The notes under the pieces are model-generated. The model ran no database searches. It worked only from the letters and a program-made list of their open reading frames with translations, and was not told the origin of the DNA. Position numbers and translations under genes: made by a program. From IMG/VR virus record IMGVR_UViG_3300031576_000001, positions 62,001 through 126,000 of that record: 64,000 nt of DNA, one strand, 5' to 3'. The first letter of the stretch is position 1. Every line of letters begins with the position of its first letter. Positions 21,709-32,467 of this stretch are shown piece by piece.

Positions 21709-24387
21709 ATGAACACCGAGCACAGTTACGGGCTAACGCGCGAGCGTTTGGTAGACCTTTACGTTACCCAAGGTCTAACGGACGTTGAGATTGGGGAGTC
21801 CCTGGGGGTAAGGTACTCTGCGATCTCCCGGTTGAGGGAGAGGTGGGGGATACGCAACCTGTTGGCGTCGGAGAGGTTGGGGTTGCCTGAGACCCTCACG
21901 GAGAACCAGCAACAGCTTTTGCTGGGCACCATGCTAGGTGATGGTAGGTTGACGGGTTCTGGGTCGGAAACAGCCCTACTTACCGAGTACCATTGCCTCA
22001 AGCAGTCAGACTACCTCATGTGGAAGGTTGCCCAGTGGGGGAGCTTCATCAACAGGGTTTCTGACCGTACCAACGGGGAGTACCGTGGAAAAGTGTACTG
22101 CACTCATGCTAGCAGGGTTTTTCGCCCCTACTGGGAGATGTTTTACCCAGAGGGTAAGGGGCACAAGACCCTGAAACTGCTGGACCCTAAGAGGGTTGGA
22201 CCGTTGGCGTTGGCGGTGTGGTACCTGGATGACGGTAGCAAGAGCAACACGGGTACATTTCGTTTTTCCCTGGGTCCGCCCGACCCGGAGAGTTTCGAGG
22301 TTGCCTTGGGTATTTTCCGCAACCTTGGGATGCACCCCGCACGGTACGGGGAGGCTGGGGACAGCACAATCATTGTGCAGACTCGTAAGGACATCACTCT
22401 CTTTGCAGAGCTAGTGTCCCCACACATTCCAGATTGTATGAGCTACAAGATGGAGTTGAAAGCCAAGCGTGGCGGACCCCCCCCTAGAGACTTGTTGACC
22501 CCGCAAGCCTTGCAGCCTTTGATTGATCGAGACTTGTCAGCCATGGAAATGGCTGAGATTTTCTCAGTTTCTAGGAATAGCGTGGGGCGAGCCTTGGACC
22601 GGATGGGGGTGCCACACCAGCCTACCGGGCGACCCGCGGGTAAGCGTGGTTTTGACTTGGGGGTATCCGAGGCACGCATTCTCAAGATGGACCCTCTCGC
22701 CCCAGACTATCGTGAGAGAGTGTTGGGTGTGCTTTCGATGACGGAGTTCCCTGGTAAAGAGCCCACTACGCTTGAGGCTCGCAAGGACATTGCCTCCTTG
22801 AAAACTTCCCCTGTGCGTGTTCAAGACGGTAAAATTGTGGGAGCGTCCAAGCTGGGTCAGCGGGCGTGCTTGCACTTCTTCGGTTACCGTTTGGATGGCA
22901 CGTACCGTGATAACCTGTCGGCGCGTAGGGGGTGGTACGATACCGAGACTCTTGTGAGGGCGGTGAACTTTCAGATAACCCACCACGACCCCGTGACCCC
23001 TAAGAGGGTCTGGCGGGCGGTGCAAGCCATTCTTCGAGCGCCTTGCAACTTCCGCCCCACAATTGCTAAAGCTCTGGTGGACGCTTTCTGCCCTCCCGGT
23101 GGGGTGGTGTTGGACCCTTGTGCTGGTTACGGGGGTCGAGCCCTGGGCACTCTGGTCACGGGGCGCACCTACGTAGGCGTGGACCCGCACCCCAAAGCAA
23201 AAGAAGCCTACCACGGCTTGTTTGCCTTGTTGGGTGGTAATGCCACGTTTCACCACGCGCCTTATGAGGAGGTAGCCCTGGGGGACTTGCAGGCTGACTT
23301 GGCGTTGACCTCACCCCCATACTTCTCGGTTGAACGGTACTCTGACGCCACTACTCAAAGCTGGGTACGGTACAAGACGTGGATGCTGTGGGTCAACGGT
23401 TTTCTGCGTCCCTTGCTGACCAAAACGTACCAGCACTTGAAGCCGGGCGCTCTTTTCTTGTTGAACGTCAAGGACATTCGCAAGGGTAAGGACACCTACC
23501 CCTTGGTTAGCGAGTCCCGGCGTCTTGCCGAAGAGGCTGGGTTTGTATCTGAGCCAGACCTGTCTTTGCCTCTTGGTAGGCTCGGTCCAAAGGAGAAGAG
23601 TAGTGAGCCTATTCTTGTGCTCAGGAAGCCTGGACCTGGCACCCCTCGACCTGTTGAACGCTCACAGCCTGTGGTCGCTACCCAGATGGCGCCAACGGTT
23701 GCAGAGCCTCCACGCCCGCGCAGGTACGTACACCCTGAGAATGCTGCAAGTAGGGAGGTCGTTTGCAAGGGGTGTGGGGTTACATTCACCGCGCACCGCA
23801 GTGACCGAGAGTTTCACAGCGAAGCCTGTTACGTCAAGTACCGCAGGCGTCAGGCTAGAGAGGAGGTGCCCAACAAGACCTATCGTACCTTCACCTGTGA
23901 GAAGTGTGGGGTCTCTTGGGACACGGAAGCCCTGGGACGCTTTACCCTCTGCGAGGGGTGCAGAGCCACACACACCAGAGAGAGTACAGAGGGTAAGCGT
24001 GAAAAGACGTGCCACTACCGCCACTGCCAGAAGACCTACACGGATACCTCTCGGTTGAACGGCACCAAGTTTTGCTGCGCGGAGCACCAGCGCCGTGAGA
24101 AGCTGTTCAAGTCGGGTCAAGTAACCTCGGAAGACCAGTTCAGAGACCCCAGCAAACCTACGTACCGCACCTGTAAACTGTGTAAGACCCAAGGCACCGA
24201 AGAGGAGATCCTTGGCGGTGTGTGCCTCCTCTGCCGTGCCAAGCTGCGCGAGAAGACGTGCAAGAAATGCAACGCGACCTACACAGACGCCTCTGAGCGA
24301 AACACGAGGCGGTACTGCTTTGCTTGTCGCCCCGACGACACCCTACCCGTGACCCCGCCTCTGGGTATACTGCACGACCTGGACTAG
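21709..24387 (+). CDS. Fusion: LAGLIDADG-like endonuclease + SAM-dependent DNA amino-methyltransferase + CxxC Zn-finger repeats (892 aa)
   Basis: LLGTMLGDG and LAVWYLDDG motifs; VLDPCAGYGG (motif I) and LTSPPYF (motif IV); many CxxC/CRPD units at the C-terminus. Start set at ATG 21709 because an in-frame TTA lies upstream at 21658. Confidence 0.8.
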   Translation: MNTEHSYGLTRERLVDLYVTQGLTDVEIGESLGVRYSAISRLRERWGIRNLLASERLGLPETLTENQQQLLLGTMLGDGRLTGSGSETALLTEYHCLKQSDYLMWKVAQWGSFINRVSDRTNGEYRGKVYCTHASRVFRPYWEMFYPEGKGHKTLKLLDPKRVGPLALAVWYLDDGSKSNTGTFRFSLGPPDPESFEVALGIFRNLGMHPARYGEAGDSTIIVQTRKDITLFAELVSPHIPDCMSYKMELKAKRGGPPPRDLLTPQALQPLIDRDLSAMEMAEIFSVSRNSVGRALDRMGVPHQPTGRPAGKRGFDLGVSEARILKMDPLAPDYRERVLGVLSMTEFPGKEPTTLEARKDIASLKTSPVRVQDGKIVGASKLGQRACLHFFGYRLDGTYRDNLSARRGWYDTETLVRAVNFQITHHDPVTPKRVWRAVQAILRAPCNFRPTIAKALVDAFCPPGGVVLDPCAGYGGRALGTLVTGRTYVGVDPHPKAKEAYHGLFALLGGNATFHHAPYEEVALGDLQADLALTSPPYFSVERYSDATTQSWVRYKTWMLWVNGFLRPLLTKTYQHLKPGALFLLNVKDIRKGKDTYPLVSESRRLAEEAGFVSEPDLSLPLGRLGPKEKSSEPILVLRKPGPGTPRPVERSQPVVATQMAPTVAEPPRPRRYVHPENAASREVVCKGCGVTFTAHRSDREFHSEACYVKYRRRQAREEVPNKTYRTFTCEKCGVSWDTEALGRFTLCEGCRATHTRESTEGKREKTCHYRHCQKTYTDTSRLNGTKFCCAEHQRREKLFKSGQVTSEDQFRDPSKPTYRTCKLCKTQGTEEEILGGVCLLCRAKLREKTCKKCNATYTDASERNTRRYCFACRPDDTLPVTPPLGILHDLD

Positions 24388-24390
24388 TTT

Positions 24391-24864
24391 GTGCTACAGT
24401 CACCTTGTACCATGGTTGACGACCGCACTTACCCTAACGTACTTCAAGCCCTGTTGTCTGACATCCTGGCGATCCTACCCGGTGTGGCGGTTCACGTTAC
24501 GGACCACGGTAAGACATGGTGGGCCGAAGCCTCACACGGTAAGCACACGGTAGCCATAGAGGTCTTCCCCCACGGAACACCCACCTACGGTTACAGTGTA
24601 GTCAACAGTGAGACTGTGGCGGGCGTTGGGCACTCCTACGGGTCAGATACCACCCTCTCCGTGGTTTGCGATATAGGAGACCTCTTGGAAGTTCGGGGTG
24701 ACCTCCTCACCCTACTCAACCGTGTACCGGAGGCTCAGCGTGCTTACGAGCGATACGGGGAGTTTGTGGGCTGGAAAAACTACGCGGGGCTACGTATGCC
24801 CTCTTGGGATGAGGTTCCAAGCAAGATCAAGCTGGCGTGGTGCTACTCTCTTGGGTGGGACTGA
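24391..24864 (+). CDS. Hypothetical protein
   Basis: 157-aa ORF; start may be ATG 24412. Confidence 0.5.
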   Translation: MLQSPCTMVDDRTYPNVLQALLSDILAILPGVAVHVTDHGKTWWAEASHGKHTVAIEVFPHGTPTYGYSVVNSETVAGVGHSYGSDTTLSVVCDIGDLLEVRGDLLTLLNRVPEAQRAYERYGEFVGWKNYAGLRMPSWDEVPSKIKLAWCYSLGWD

Positions 24865-24926
24865 CGGGCTTGTACTAAGAGGCGCACTGGCTTACGGACC
24901 ACGGGTGCGCTAGACTGACGCCAACC

Positions 24927-25181
24927 GTGAACATGAAGATACACCCCCAGACCCTCCAAGAGCTAATCCACCGGTTCTTCAGTTTTCTGTCGGAAGACCC
25001 AAGCGTGAAGAGTGCTCTTCTGCACACCACCCCGCCTCTAAGGGCACAAGCGGTCTTTACCTCCCTGGTCAGTGTGGCAATTGCCGTGGGCAAGCGTACA
25101 GGGCTAACCAAGGAAATGATGATCGAGGCAGTGAGCATCGGTTACGACCGTACCGAGACCACGAACCCCACGTTGAACTGA
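24927..25181 (+). CDS. Hypothetical protein (84 aa)
   Basis: ORF tiling only. Confidence 0.45.
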   Translation: MNMKIHPQTLQELIHRFFSFLSEDPSVKSALLHTTPPLRAQAVFTSLVSVAIAVGKRTGLTKEMMIEAVSIGYDRTETTNPTLN

Positions 25182-25332
25182 CCCCTTAGAGGGTTAGTAG
25201 TAGCCCCAAACTAAGGTACCACCTCCTTAGAGGCTGCCGTACCCGCGAGTTACGCCCTAGCCTTCTATCCAATGGGACTCTCTTGGTGCATCCTTTTCTC
25301 CCCGAAGCTAAGGCTGTTCGAGGAGATAACAG

Positions 25333-26274
25333 ATGCAAACCATCACGTTCAAGTCGGGTGCTTTCCAAAACTTCGTTGCTGCTCAGAAGTTCCAACTGAA
25401 GTTCGCAGGGTCGGATGTTACCCTGGTACCGGGTGAGCCTTTGCGGTTTGATGGTATGAACGCAGAGATCAACGGGGCGATGGCGCCGTGCCCGACGTTG
25501 AAGGGTGCTCTCAAGTCGGGGTGGATTGTGCCGGAGGGCTCGGAGCAAGAGGTTGTGCGCCCTGTGTCGGGCAACATAGCGTTTCGCCCTACCCAGCAAA
25601 CGGGGAACAGTACGACGCCCCCTCTCAGGCGTCCAGCGGTTACCACGGAGGCTGATGAGCGTGAGGTACTCCGTGTGTCCCCTCGGTCGGCGGCGGTAGC
25701 TCAGAACAACCGAGACAAGCGAGCACAGACCTTTCAGAAGGGGCGCCTAGTCACGGACGAGAACGGTATGGAGGGCGTAGAGGTACGCTCTTTGCTCACG
25801 CCAGCCAAGCAACGCACGGAGCTAACGGCGACCAACGCGGGCTCGCGAATCATGCAGGCAGCAGCCCCCGTGACCGAGGCAGGTAGAGGCGTTTCCGAAG
25901 ATGAAATGCTAGCCCGGATGAGCCCCGAGGCTGCCTCTGTGTACCGTGAGAAGGTGGACGCGGCTCGCCAGCGGGTTGCCGTGAGAGAGGGTATCGAGCT
26001 AGAGGGGGTCCGTTTTTCCACGTCACCCAAGCCCCTCAATCAGAACCCCCTGGCGACCTCGGACCCGAAGATTCTGGCGGCGCGTGCCGCGTGTCCGCAG
26101 TTTCCCACGGACTACCCCCTCCTGGCCTCGGTACGTAAGAGGGTAGCCAGGCTGGTTTCTGACTTTGAGGATGACCACGCGGTTCTACGTGCGGCGCACG
26201 CCATCGAGGATGACGCTGGCAAAGAGGCGTTGGTCAAGGAGTTCCCTGACGTGTTCCCCTCGACTGGCTTCTTA
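25333..26274 (+). CDS. Hypothetical protein (TTA stop)
   Basis: AGGAG SD; TTA at 26272, 4 codons before the track TAG. Confidence 0.65.
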
Positions 26275-26347
26275 GTGCGAGGCTAGAGCCCTCTCGGGTG
26301 GTTTTCTAGCTTAGCCTCCCTAAGCATTATTCCCCGGGGTGCCTTGT

Positions 26348-27622
26348 ATGAGCCACCCCATAGGGCGAATGGTCGTCTACCTCATGGAAGAGTTGGGGGA
26401 CGCACGCCTACGTTGTGAGGACGTGAAGGGCTACGTGGACCGCGCCCGTGTTCTGTGTGACAACAGCACACACAGGGACCACCTTATCGAGGTAGCGGGG
26501 GACATTGTACACGGGCTGCCGGAGGCGTTGCTCAAGCTGGACAAGGCTTTGGCAGCAACGGCAATGGCGGCGGCTCGAATGGATTACGAGATCATGGCTT
26601 CTGAGCTACGCCCGCAGAAGGCGGACGAGCTAGACGCTGTGATGACGGACTTGCGGCAAAAAAGACTACCGAGGAAATCAGCGATCATGAACAAGCACGA
26701 GACAAGCAAGAGACTCAGCGTACTAGCCAAAGTTATCCGGGCGTGCAACTGCATGGCTCCAGCGGGAGCCCTTCTGGCTCACGAGATCAAGGGGCTAGAG
26801 GGTGGCGTGGTAGCCTCTTTGGGTGAAGCGCCGGAAGGTATGCCAGTGGCGTCCAACCCCGAGGTCGCCTCTCAGGTAGTGGAACAGATTGCGGGGACAC
26901 TGGCTAATGACAGCCCTCCTCCTCCCCGTGAGGTAGCGGCTGCTTTGCGTAAGGTTCTCTCGGATAGCCACGATAACCCCTTGAACCGCAGTGCGGCTCG
27001 TCTTTGGAAGCTGGCTACAACCAAGAGCGAGCTAGGCGAGGGTCTAGTCAAGCTGGGGTGTACCGTTGACCAAGCCAAGGTGACGGTACGTGCTCGATTC
27101 CACGCGGGCAAGCCGGCGGACCCCACTAGCCAAATGAGCGAGGAGGATGCTCAGACCTGGCGTGAAATGAACGACAAGTACAAGGATGTTGTCAAAAACA
27201 TGCACCAAGCCTCTGAGGGCTCCAGTCAACAGCAGGCTCAGACTGCACAACCGCAAGAGCAGAAGCAGTCGGGTGCGGGCGAAGAGTTTCAAAAGCACAA
27301 CCCGGGCATTGACGACGAAGAGGCTGCTGAGATTGACCGCCAGCACGAGAAGAACAAGGACGTTGTGAAGGACCAGCACAAAGAGGCTGCCTCGGACGAC
27401 AACGCCTCTTCGCTTGAGAAGATTGAGGCTGACTTGTTCTCTATGGACGTTGCGGTCAAGGCCATGGTCAAAGAGGCTGGTAAGCTCTCTGACGCCTCTG
27501 GTTTGCAGGGTGCGTTGAAGGCACTGAGTAAGTGCTACGCTGACGTAGAGAGCGAGCTAAAGAAGGCTCAGTCTGCCAAGAAGAGCGCCTCTGCACAGCA
27601 GCCTTACCGCTACGGTCGCTTA
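26348..27622 (+). CDS. Hypothetical head-associated protein (TTA stop)
   Basis: Long ORF with Q/E-rich C-terminal half; TTA at 27620 and again at 27629; start uncertain. Confidence 0.6.
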
Positions 27623-27636
27623 GCCAGATTACACAG

Positions 27637-28062
27637 GTGACCCAGCCTCTCCGCTCACGACCTGATTACAGCACCGACACCCCCCCGGCGCTACCCCGAG
27701 GGGCTGAGTCCAAGCTACCCGGGGGTAGCCCTGGGGGTAAGGGGCTACCCCTCGACTCCGGGCTCCCTGGCACCCTCACGTTTGCTCAACCCACGGACAA
27801 CCACCGTGAGCCTACGGTAACAGACACGCACCCCTCTAAGGTAGAGAACGCTGACGACCTTCTCAAGGACCGGGGGCGTATTGACGTGAGAGACCTCGGA
27901 GGTGACGTACCCTCGTACTACGGCAAGGGTCCATCTGACGCGGGCAACCCAAAGACCAAGTACCCTTACCGTGACGGTCTGCCCAACGAGAAGAACGCCA
28001 GCCTGACTGAGAGGGTAGCCCGGCGTTACCTCTCTCGCCTCCCGGTGCTACGCTCACGGTAA
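27637..28062 (+). CDS. Hypothetical Pro/Gly-rich protein (141 aa)
   Basis: TAATG overlap with the next gene. Confidence 0.55.
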   Translation: MTQPLRSRPDYSTDTPPALPRGAESKLPGGSPGGKGLPLDSGLPGTLTFAQPTDNHREPTVTDTHPSKVENADDLLKDRGRIDVRDLGGDVPSYYGKGPSDAGNPKTKYPYRDGLPNEKNASLTERVARRYLSRLPVLRSR

Positions 28063-28493
28063 TGCCGACCTACACGATCAACTGTCCCTGCGGCTACCAA
28101 GGCGACCTCCGTATGACTTTCGGGGAGTATCGTCAGTCGATAACCCAGCCCACGGTACCCTGCCCAGACTGCCAGGCTACAGGCTACACGCTGGGGTTTT
28201 CGAGACCGGGTAACCTGGGGTTCATTCTCAAAGAGGGTGATACGGGCGGGTGGGCTTCCAAGGGGATCAAGGAGAACAAGTGGCGAGCCACGCACAACCA
28301 AGAGATAAGCCGGCGCCAGAAAGAGCACGCTGCCCCTCCTACCCGGCTCATCCCTAACTACCAGGGGCAAGAGGCAGACCGGTGGTCCGACGTACAGGAC
28401 CACGTACACACGACCAAGGGTAAAGAGGCTGCCTCTACGTACAACGCTCTTGTATTCAAGGAGAAGGGTGAGTCACCATGCCCCGTAAAGTAA
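28062..28493 (+). CDS. Zn-ribbon protein (FmdB-like N-terminus)
   Basis: MPTYTINCPCG...CPDC pattern. Confidence 0.55.
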   Translation: MPTYTINCPCGYQGDLRMTFGEYRQSITQPTVPCPDCQATGYTLGFSRPGNLGFILKEGDTGGWASKGIKENKWRATHNQEISRRQKEHAAPPTRLIPNYQGQEADRWSDVQDHVHTTKGKEAASTYNALVFKEKGESPCPVK

Positions 28494-29119
28494 CTACAGC
28501 CCGCCGTCGTAACGACCTCTTTGACCTGTTCTTCCAACCCGAGCCCGCCAGTCCTGCCGGCGTGGACACCTACCGGTTTGAATGGGCTACCAACTTTGAC
28601 GCTGCCCCGGTAGCCCTCTTTACTATCCCAAGGTGGGGCTTTTCTGACCCATTGCTGACACCCCTGGAACACTCGGCGCTCTCGGTCTTTAACAACCCAA
28701 ATCAAGCCAGGGTGGCATTCAAGGGGTTTAGCTACTCTATCCCTCAGACCGCCCCGGTGTGGCTACGGGTGGTGTACCTCCTCAATGGGGTAGACACTAC
28801 AACGAGCGGGTGGCAGCTTTTGCCTGCCTATGACACGTCCTATCGCCCGGTTGTCGTGCTGGCGGGCGTTGTGCCTTCGGCGGCTTCGCTGGCTACTTCT
28901 CTTGAACTGAACCTGCCGTACCAGCTTACGGGCTGGACGGTGACCAACCTCTCAGCGACGGCATTGAAGATGGCTTTTGCACCTGGGGGACCGGAGCTAA
29001 CCGTACCGCCCCTGGCGACTCAGTATCCCACGCAGGGCACGTCGGGCGTGGTTTATGTCCGGGGTGATGGTGCGCCCGTAACGGTGTCGATCCAAGCGGC
29101 GTACCCCTACGGGCTCTTA
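28478..29119 (+). CDS. Hypothetical beta-rich virion protein (TTA stop)
   Basis: Within the structural run; TTA at 29117, 5 codons before the track TAA. Confidence 0.55.
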
Positions 29120-29160
29120 TTCCCAAGCCTCTAACCAAGAGGACGGCATAGAGACAACCA

Positions 29161-29751
29161 ATGCTACGAGTCATTCACAGTCAAACCGTGACGGGCGCCA
29201 TTCTGATCGATGATATCGACGATGGTTTGCCCAACAAGACCGCAAGGCGTCTAGGGGGGACTGCGGACCCCAAGGCTTACGAGCGTGACGGTTACGCCAA
29301 CGCTCGTAAGCAACCTTGCTACGTGAAGAGGGTCAACCCGGCAGACCCCACCGTGGCGGGCTACATTGACGTAGAGGAGACGGCTCGCGTAGCCCTCTCA
29401 GCGGATAAGGGTAAAATCGCGGGCTTTCGTAACGCTGGCTTGGTTACCTTGGTTAGCTTTACGGCTGCTGACGTTGCGGAGCCTACGGTGGCTTCTGCCG
29501 TGCTGGCGGCTTTTCTTAGCATCACGGGGACCAACCTTACCAGCGTGGCACCCAACCTTACCCGGGTGACCCTCACCGGTACGGGCGCGACCACGCTTAC
29601 CCAGACTCAGATCATTCTGGGTGGCGGCACCGTGACCCCCCTGTCTATCACGATCCCTGCGGCCATGGTGCCCGGCGTCGCCGTGGCAACGTCTTTCGTA
29701 ACGGTCACCGCAGACCTTCAAACTTCACCCATCGCCGTAGCGGTCACCTTA
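29161..29751 (+). CDS. Putative virion fibre/decoration protein with Ig-like C-terminus (TTA stop)
   Basis: T/V/A-rich; C-terminal SITGTNLTS... resembles the next gene; ends AVAVT-TTA-GAG-TAG. Confidence 0.55.
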
Positions 29752-29775
29752 GAGTAGGGAGCCTAGAGAAAACCC

Positions 29776-30528
29776 ATGCGTATTGGAGTCATTCGAGCCG
29801 ACATAAGCAAGTCGCTCTTCATCGCGGACGTTGAGCCTACGTCACAGTACAACCCCATGACGGACGCCGAGGGGCAAACGCGCTACGTCTACCGTCCAGA
29901 CCTCGCCCGCATTCAAGCGTATCTCAACGCTCAGGGTCTAGTAGCCTCTGCGGCTGCCCTGATTCTGGCGACCGTTCCTGTGGGTGGACCCGTCAACGTG
30001 TCCTCTGCGGCGATCACGGGCGTAGCTGGTCTGGGTGCAGCAACCGTTGCACAAGTTCGAGCGTTGCAAGACCTCCTAGCCCCTCGCCTGGTAGAGACAC
30101 GGGCAGCACGGGAGAGCTTCTTGGTAGGCAACCTGCGGGGCTTCCTTGCACCCACCTTCAACCCGGACCCTCACCGTATTCCGGCGCTAGCCAACGGTGC
30201 GGCCATCGGGGTTGTAGCGGACGACGGTGTTTCGGCGCTGACCTACACGGCACCGGTACTGGCGCTGGCGGACCTGGGCACCCCCAACGTGGGGGACGTT
30301 ACGCTCACGGGAACGGGCATGTTCTTCGTGGACTCCCCTCTTTTCGTGAAGTTCACGGGCGTTCTGACCAAGAGGCTAGAGCGCAGCACCATCGAGCAAG
30401 CGGGCGGCACCCTCTCGGCTACCAGCACGGTTATACCGGCTGTGCTCTTGCCAGGGGCTACGCTGGCGACGACGAGCGTGCGGGTTCAGGTGGGCTCGCT
30501 CTTGTCCAACTCGCTGGTCTTGACCTGA
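29776..30528 (+). CDS. Putative virion protein, C-terminal part paralogous to the previous gene
   Basis: VTLTGTG...GGTLSATSTVIPAVL matches ...GGGTVTPLSITIPAAM; ends SLVLT-TGA. Confidence 0.55.
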   Translation: MRIGVIRADISKSLFIADVEPTSQYNPMTDAEGQTRYVYRPDLARIQAYLNAQGLVASAAALILATVPVGGPVNVSSAAITGVAGLGAATVAQVRALQDLLAPRLVETRAARESFLVGNLRGFLAPTFNPDPHRIPALANGAAIGVVADDGVSALTYTAPVLALADLGTPNVGDVTLTGTGMFFVDSPLFVKFTGVLTKRLERSTIEQAGGTLSATSTVIPAVLLPGATLATTSVRVQVGSLLSNSLVLT

Positions 30529-30547
30529 GCGAGATTAGGGACCACCC

Positions 30548-30790
30548 ATGGCTAAAGATGAAAATGAATACAAGACCCCTGACCTGTACTTCGCCGCCTA
30601 TCTCAAGGTGGCGGGGTGTCCCATGCCCAAGACAGACAGGGTGGGCAAGCGGGTCTTCTTCTGCTTTGACGTGGGTGTGTCCAACGTAGAAGAGCTAAAA
30701 CGGGGCTACTTCTCAGGTCAGTCCAAGGTGCCCGCCCTTGGTTACGCTAACGAGATCAAGACCCTCAAAGCGTTGTGCCACATGGAGTGA
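30548..30790 (+). CDS. Small hypothetical protein (DUF5659-like)
   Basis: YKTPDLYFAAYL...RVFFCF pattern; recalled similarity, not searched. Confidence 0.45.
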   Translation: MAKDENEYKTPDLYFAAYLKVAGCPMPKTDRVGKRVFFCFDVGVSNVEELKRGYFSGQSKVPALGYANEIKTLKALCHME

Positions 30791-30821
30791 CCTCCCTGAG
30801 AGGTAGCCACGCCTAGTCACC

Positions 30822-31208
30822 ATGCCTTACTACCTCTCAGCCCATACCGTTGCACCGTCTACGCTCGTACAGGAGCAAGTGGACGTGTTTGCCGTGGATG
30901 GCTTTACCCGAGTACCCGCCCTGGTACCGGGTTTGGTGACGCTGAGGTTGACGTACAACAACACGGTGCTGGCGTGGTCCTTGGTTTCAGGTATCGGGGT
31001 AACGGATACCTCCGTGGTCGCGGGCTCTGTCTTCTGGGATGAGGTCTCTCCAGGGTACTACCGAGTGCGGTTCTTCCCCAACGCGCCCGGGGCTTGGCGC
31101 CTGGAGTTTGTCTACCCTCCCTCTGGGCAGAGAACCGTGCTTGTTTACGACGTGACTCCCCCAGCCCCGACACCAACCCTAGGTCTACACGCCTCATTCA
31201 CCGGATAA
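30822..31208 (+). CDS. Ig-like domain protein
   Basis: EVSPGYYRVRF...GAWRLEF beta-sandwich pattern shared with 32468 and 37683. Confidence 0.5.
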   Translation: MPYYLSAHTVAPSTLVQEQVDVFAVDGFTRVPALVPGLVTLRLTYNNTVLAWSLVSGIGVTDTSVVAGSVFWDEVSPGYYRVRFFPNAPGAWRLEFVYPPSGQRTVLVYDVTPPAPTPTLGLHASFTG

Positions 31209-31215
31209 AGTACCC

Positions 31216-31848
31216 ATGTTGACAGAACGCATCGTTACCCGTTACCTCACCGCTGCAAAGAAGTCCGTAGACACCAAAGCTATGCGGGCTCTTCTGATCG
31301 ACAAGATGGACGAAGCGCGAGACTTGCAGAGCAAGACCTACGCTGAGGGTTTCAAGCCGCTCCTTGAGATGCGCAATTGGGCTCAAAAGGCTTTCGACCA
31401 AGTGTACGCTACGGCTAACGAAACCCCCAAGATCGACTGGGCTGCGGGTGAGAAGATCGCCCAGGAAGCTCTCAGTGTAATGCCGGTTTGGCAGTCACAC
31501 TTGAAGGGGGTGGCTGCCCTGGCAAAAGCCCTGTCTGCTGTGGATAAGGACCAGCGGGTAGTGTCCAAGCCCGACGTTGAGAGCACCAAAGAGAGTGTCG
31601 AGGCTATCAAGGTGCTGGTCACCCGGCTAAAGGGGGACTGGGACATTTGCAAGGACATCAAGAAGTGGAACCTCAAGCAAAAGAAGACTGAGGACCAGAC
31701 CAGGGAACGGCACGACGCAATTGAGAGCCTCGACGAACTGCGTAAGGTGACACACGACGCCTGGGAAGCCGCCTATAACATTCGCCCTGCCCTGGTTCAA
31801 GGACTCACGTCTGAAATCGACTCGGCGCTCAAGTTCACTTACAAGTGA
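31216..31848 (+). CDS. Hypothetical helical protein (210 aa)
   Basis: Clean ORF; N-terminal ERIVTRY resembles the ERVAxRY motif of other genes here. Confidence 0.6.
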   Translation: MLTERIVTRYLTAAKKSVDTKAMRALLIDKMDEARDLQSKTYAEGFKPLLEMRNWAQKAFDQVYATANETPKIDWAAGEKIAQEALSVMPVWQSHLKGVAALAKALSAVDKDQRVVSKPDVESTKESVEAIKVLVTRLKGDWDICKDIKKWNLKQKKTEDQTRERHDAIESLDELRKVTHDAWEAAYNIRPALVQGLTSEIDSALKFTYK

Positions 31849-31850
31849 CC

Positions 31851-31886
31851 GTGTAGTGCTCCCCGTAACCCCGGAGAGTGCTACAC
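31851..31886. terminator. Hairpin between convergent genes
   Basis: GTGTAGTGCTC / GAGTGCTACAC, 11-bp stem with two G-U pairs. Confidence 0.5.
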
Positions 31887-32213
31887 ACCTCTCGGGCGGG
31901 CTGACGGGCGGGGCGCTCGCTTAGGTCGCAGGGCGTGTGCTTTCTCTTGCCAGGCGGGCTGTAGGTCGCCATCGTTCACGTAAGTCTGCCCACACTCCTC
32001 GATCTGAGCGATAGCCTCACGGAGGGCGTGCAGGATGTACGCCGCGTCCCCCTCCAGGTGAATGTCCTCCGGCGCCTTGGTGAAAACGTCCTCGGTCAGG
32101 AAGGTCAGGCGCACCTTCATGCTGCGCGCCATGTGCTCCCCCCTCCGCACGGGCGTCAATGAAGCCCCCAGGCAAACCTCAGCCTTGCTATTGATGTCGT
32201 GTACGATCCTCAT
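31881..32213 (-). CDS. Hypothetical accessory protein
   Basis: GC3-rich; start at ATG 32213 or at ATG 32132 (GGAGG upstream). Confidence 0.5.
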   Translation of the reverse strand: MRIVHDINSKAEVCLGASLTPVRRGEHMARSMKVRLTFLTEDVFTKAPEDIHLEGDAAYILHALREAIAQIEECGQTYVNDGDLQPAWQEKAHALRPKRAPRPSARPRGV

Positions 32214-32467
32214 GGTGCCTCTTAGTACACCGGGGCAGCTAGACGCACCCAAAACTACCCCCTCAACCTATATGGAAACCAGGAGCGTTCAATAGTGCCA
32301 ATTTGAGGATTTCTCGATGTTTTTGATCATCCAGCCCCAGGGGCGGATCGACCCTCGTTTCCATATAGTTCAATAAGAGTGTAGGGCTCCTCCATACACA
32401 AAGAGGGTGGGTCACCCAAGACCCTCCAAGGGGTCCGGTTTTAGTTTCACTCCCCGGGGCTTCTGGC

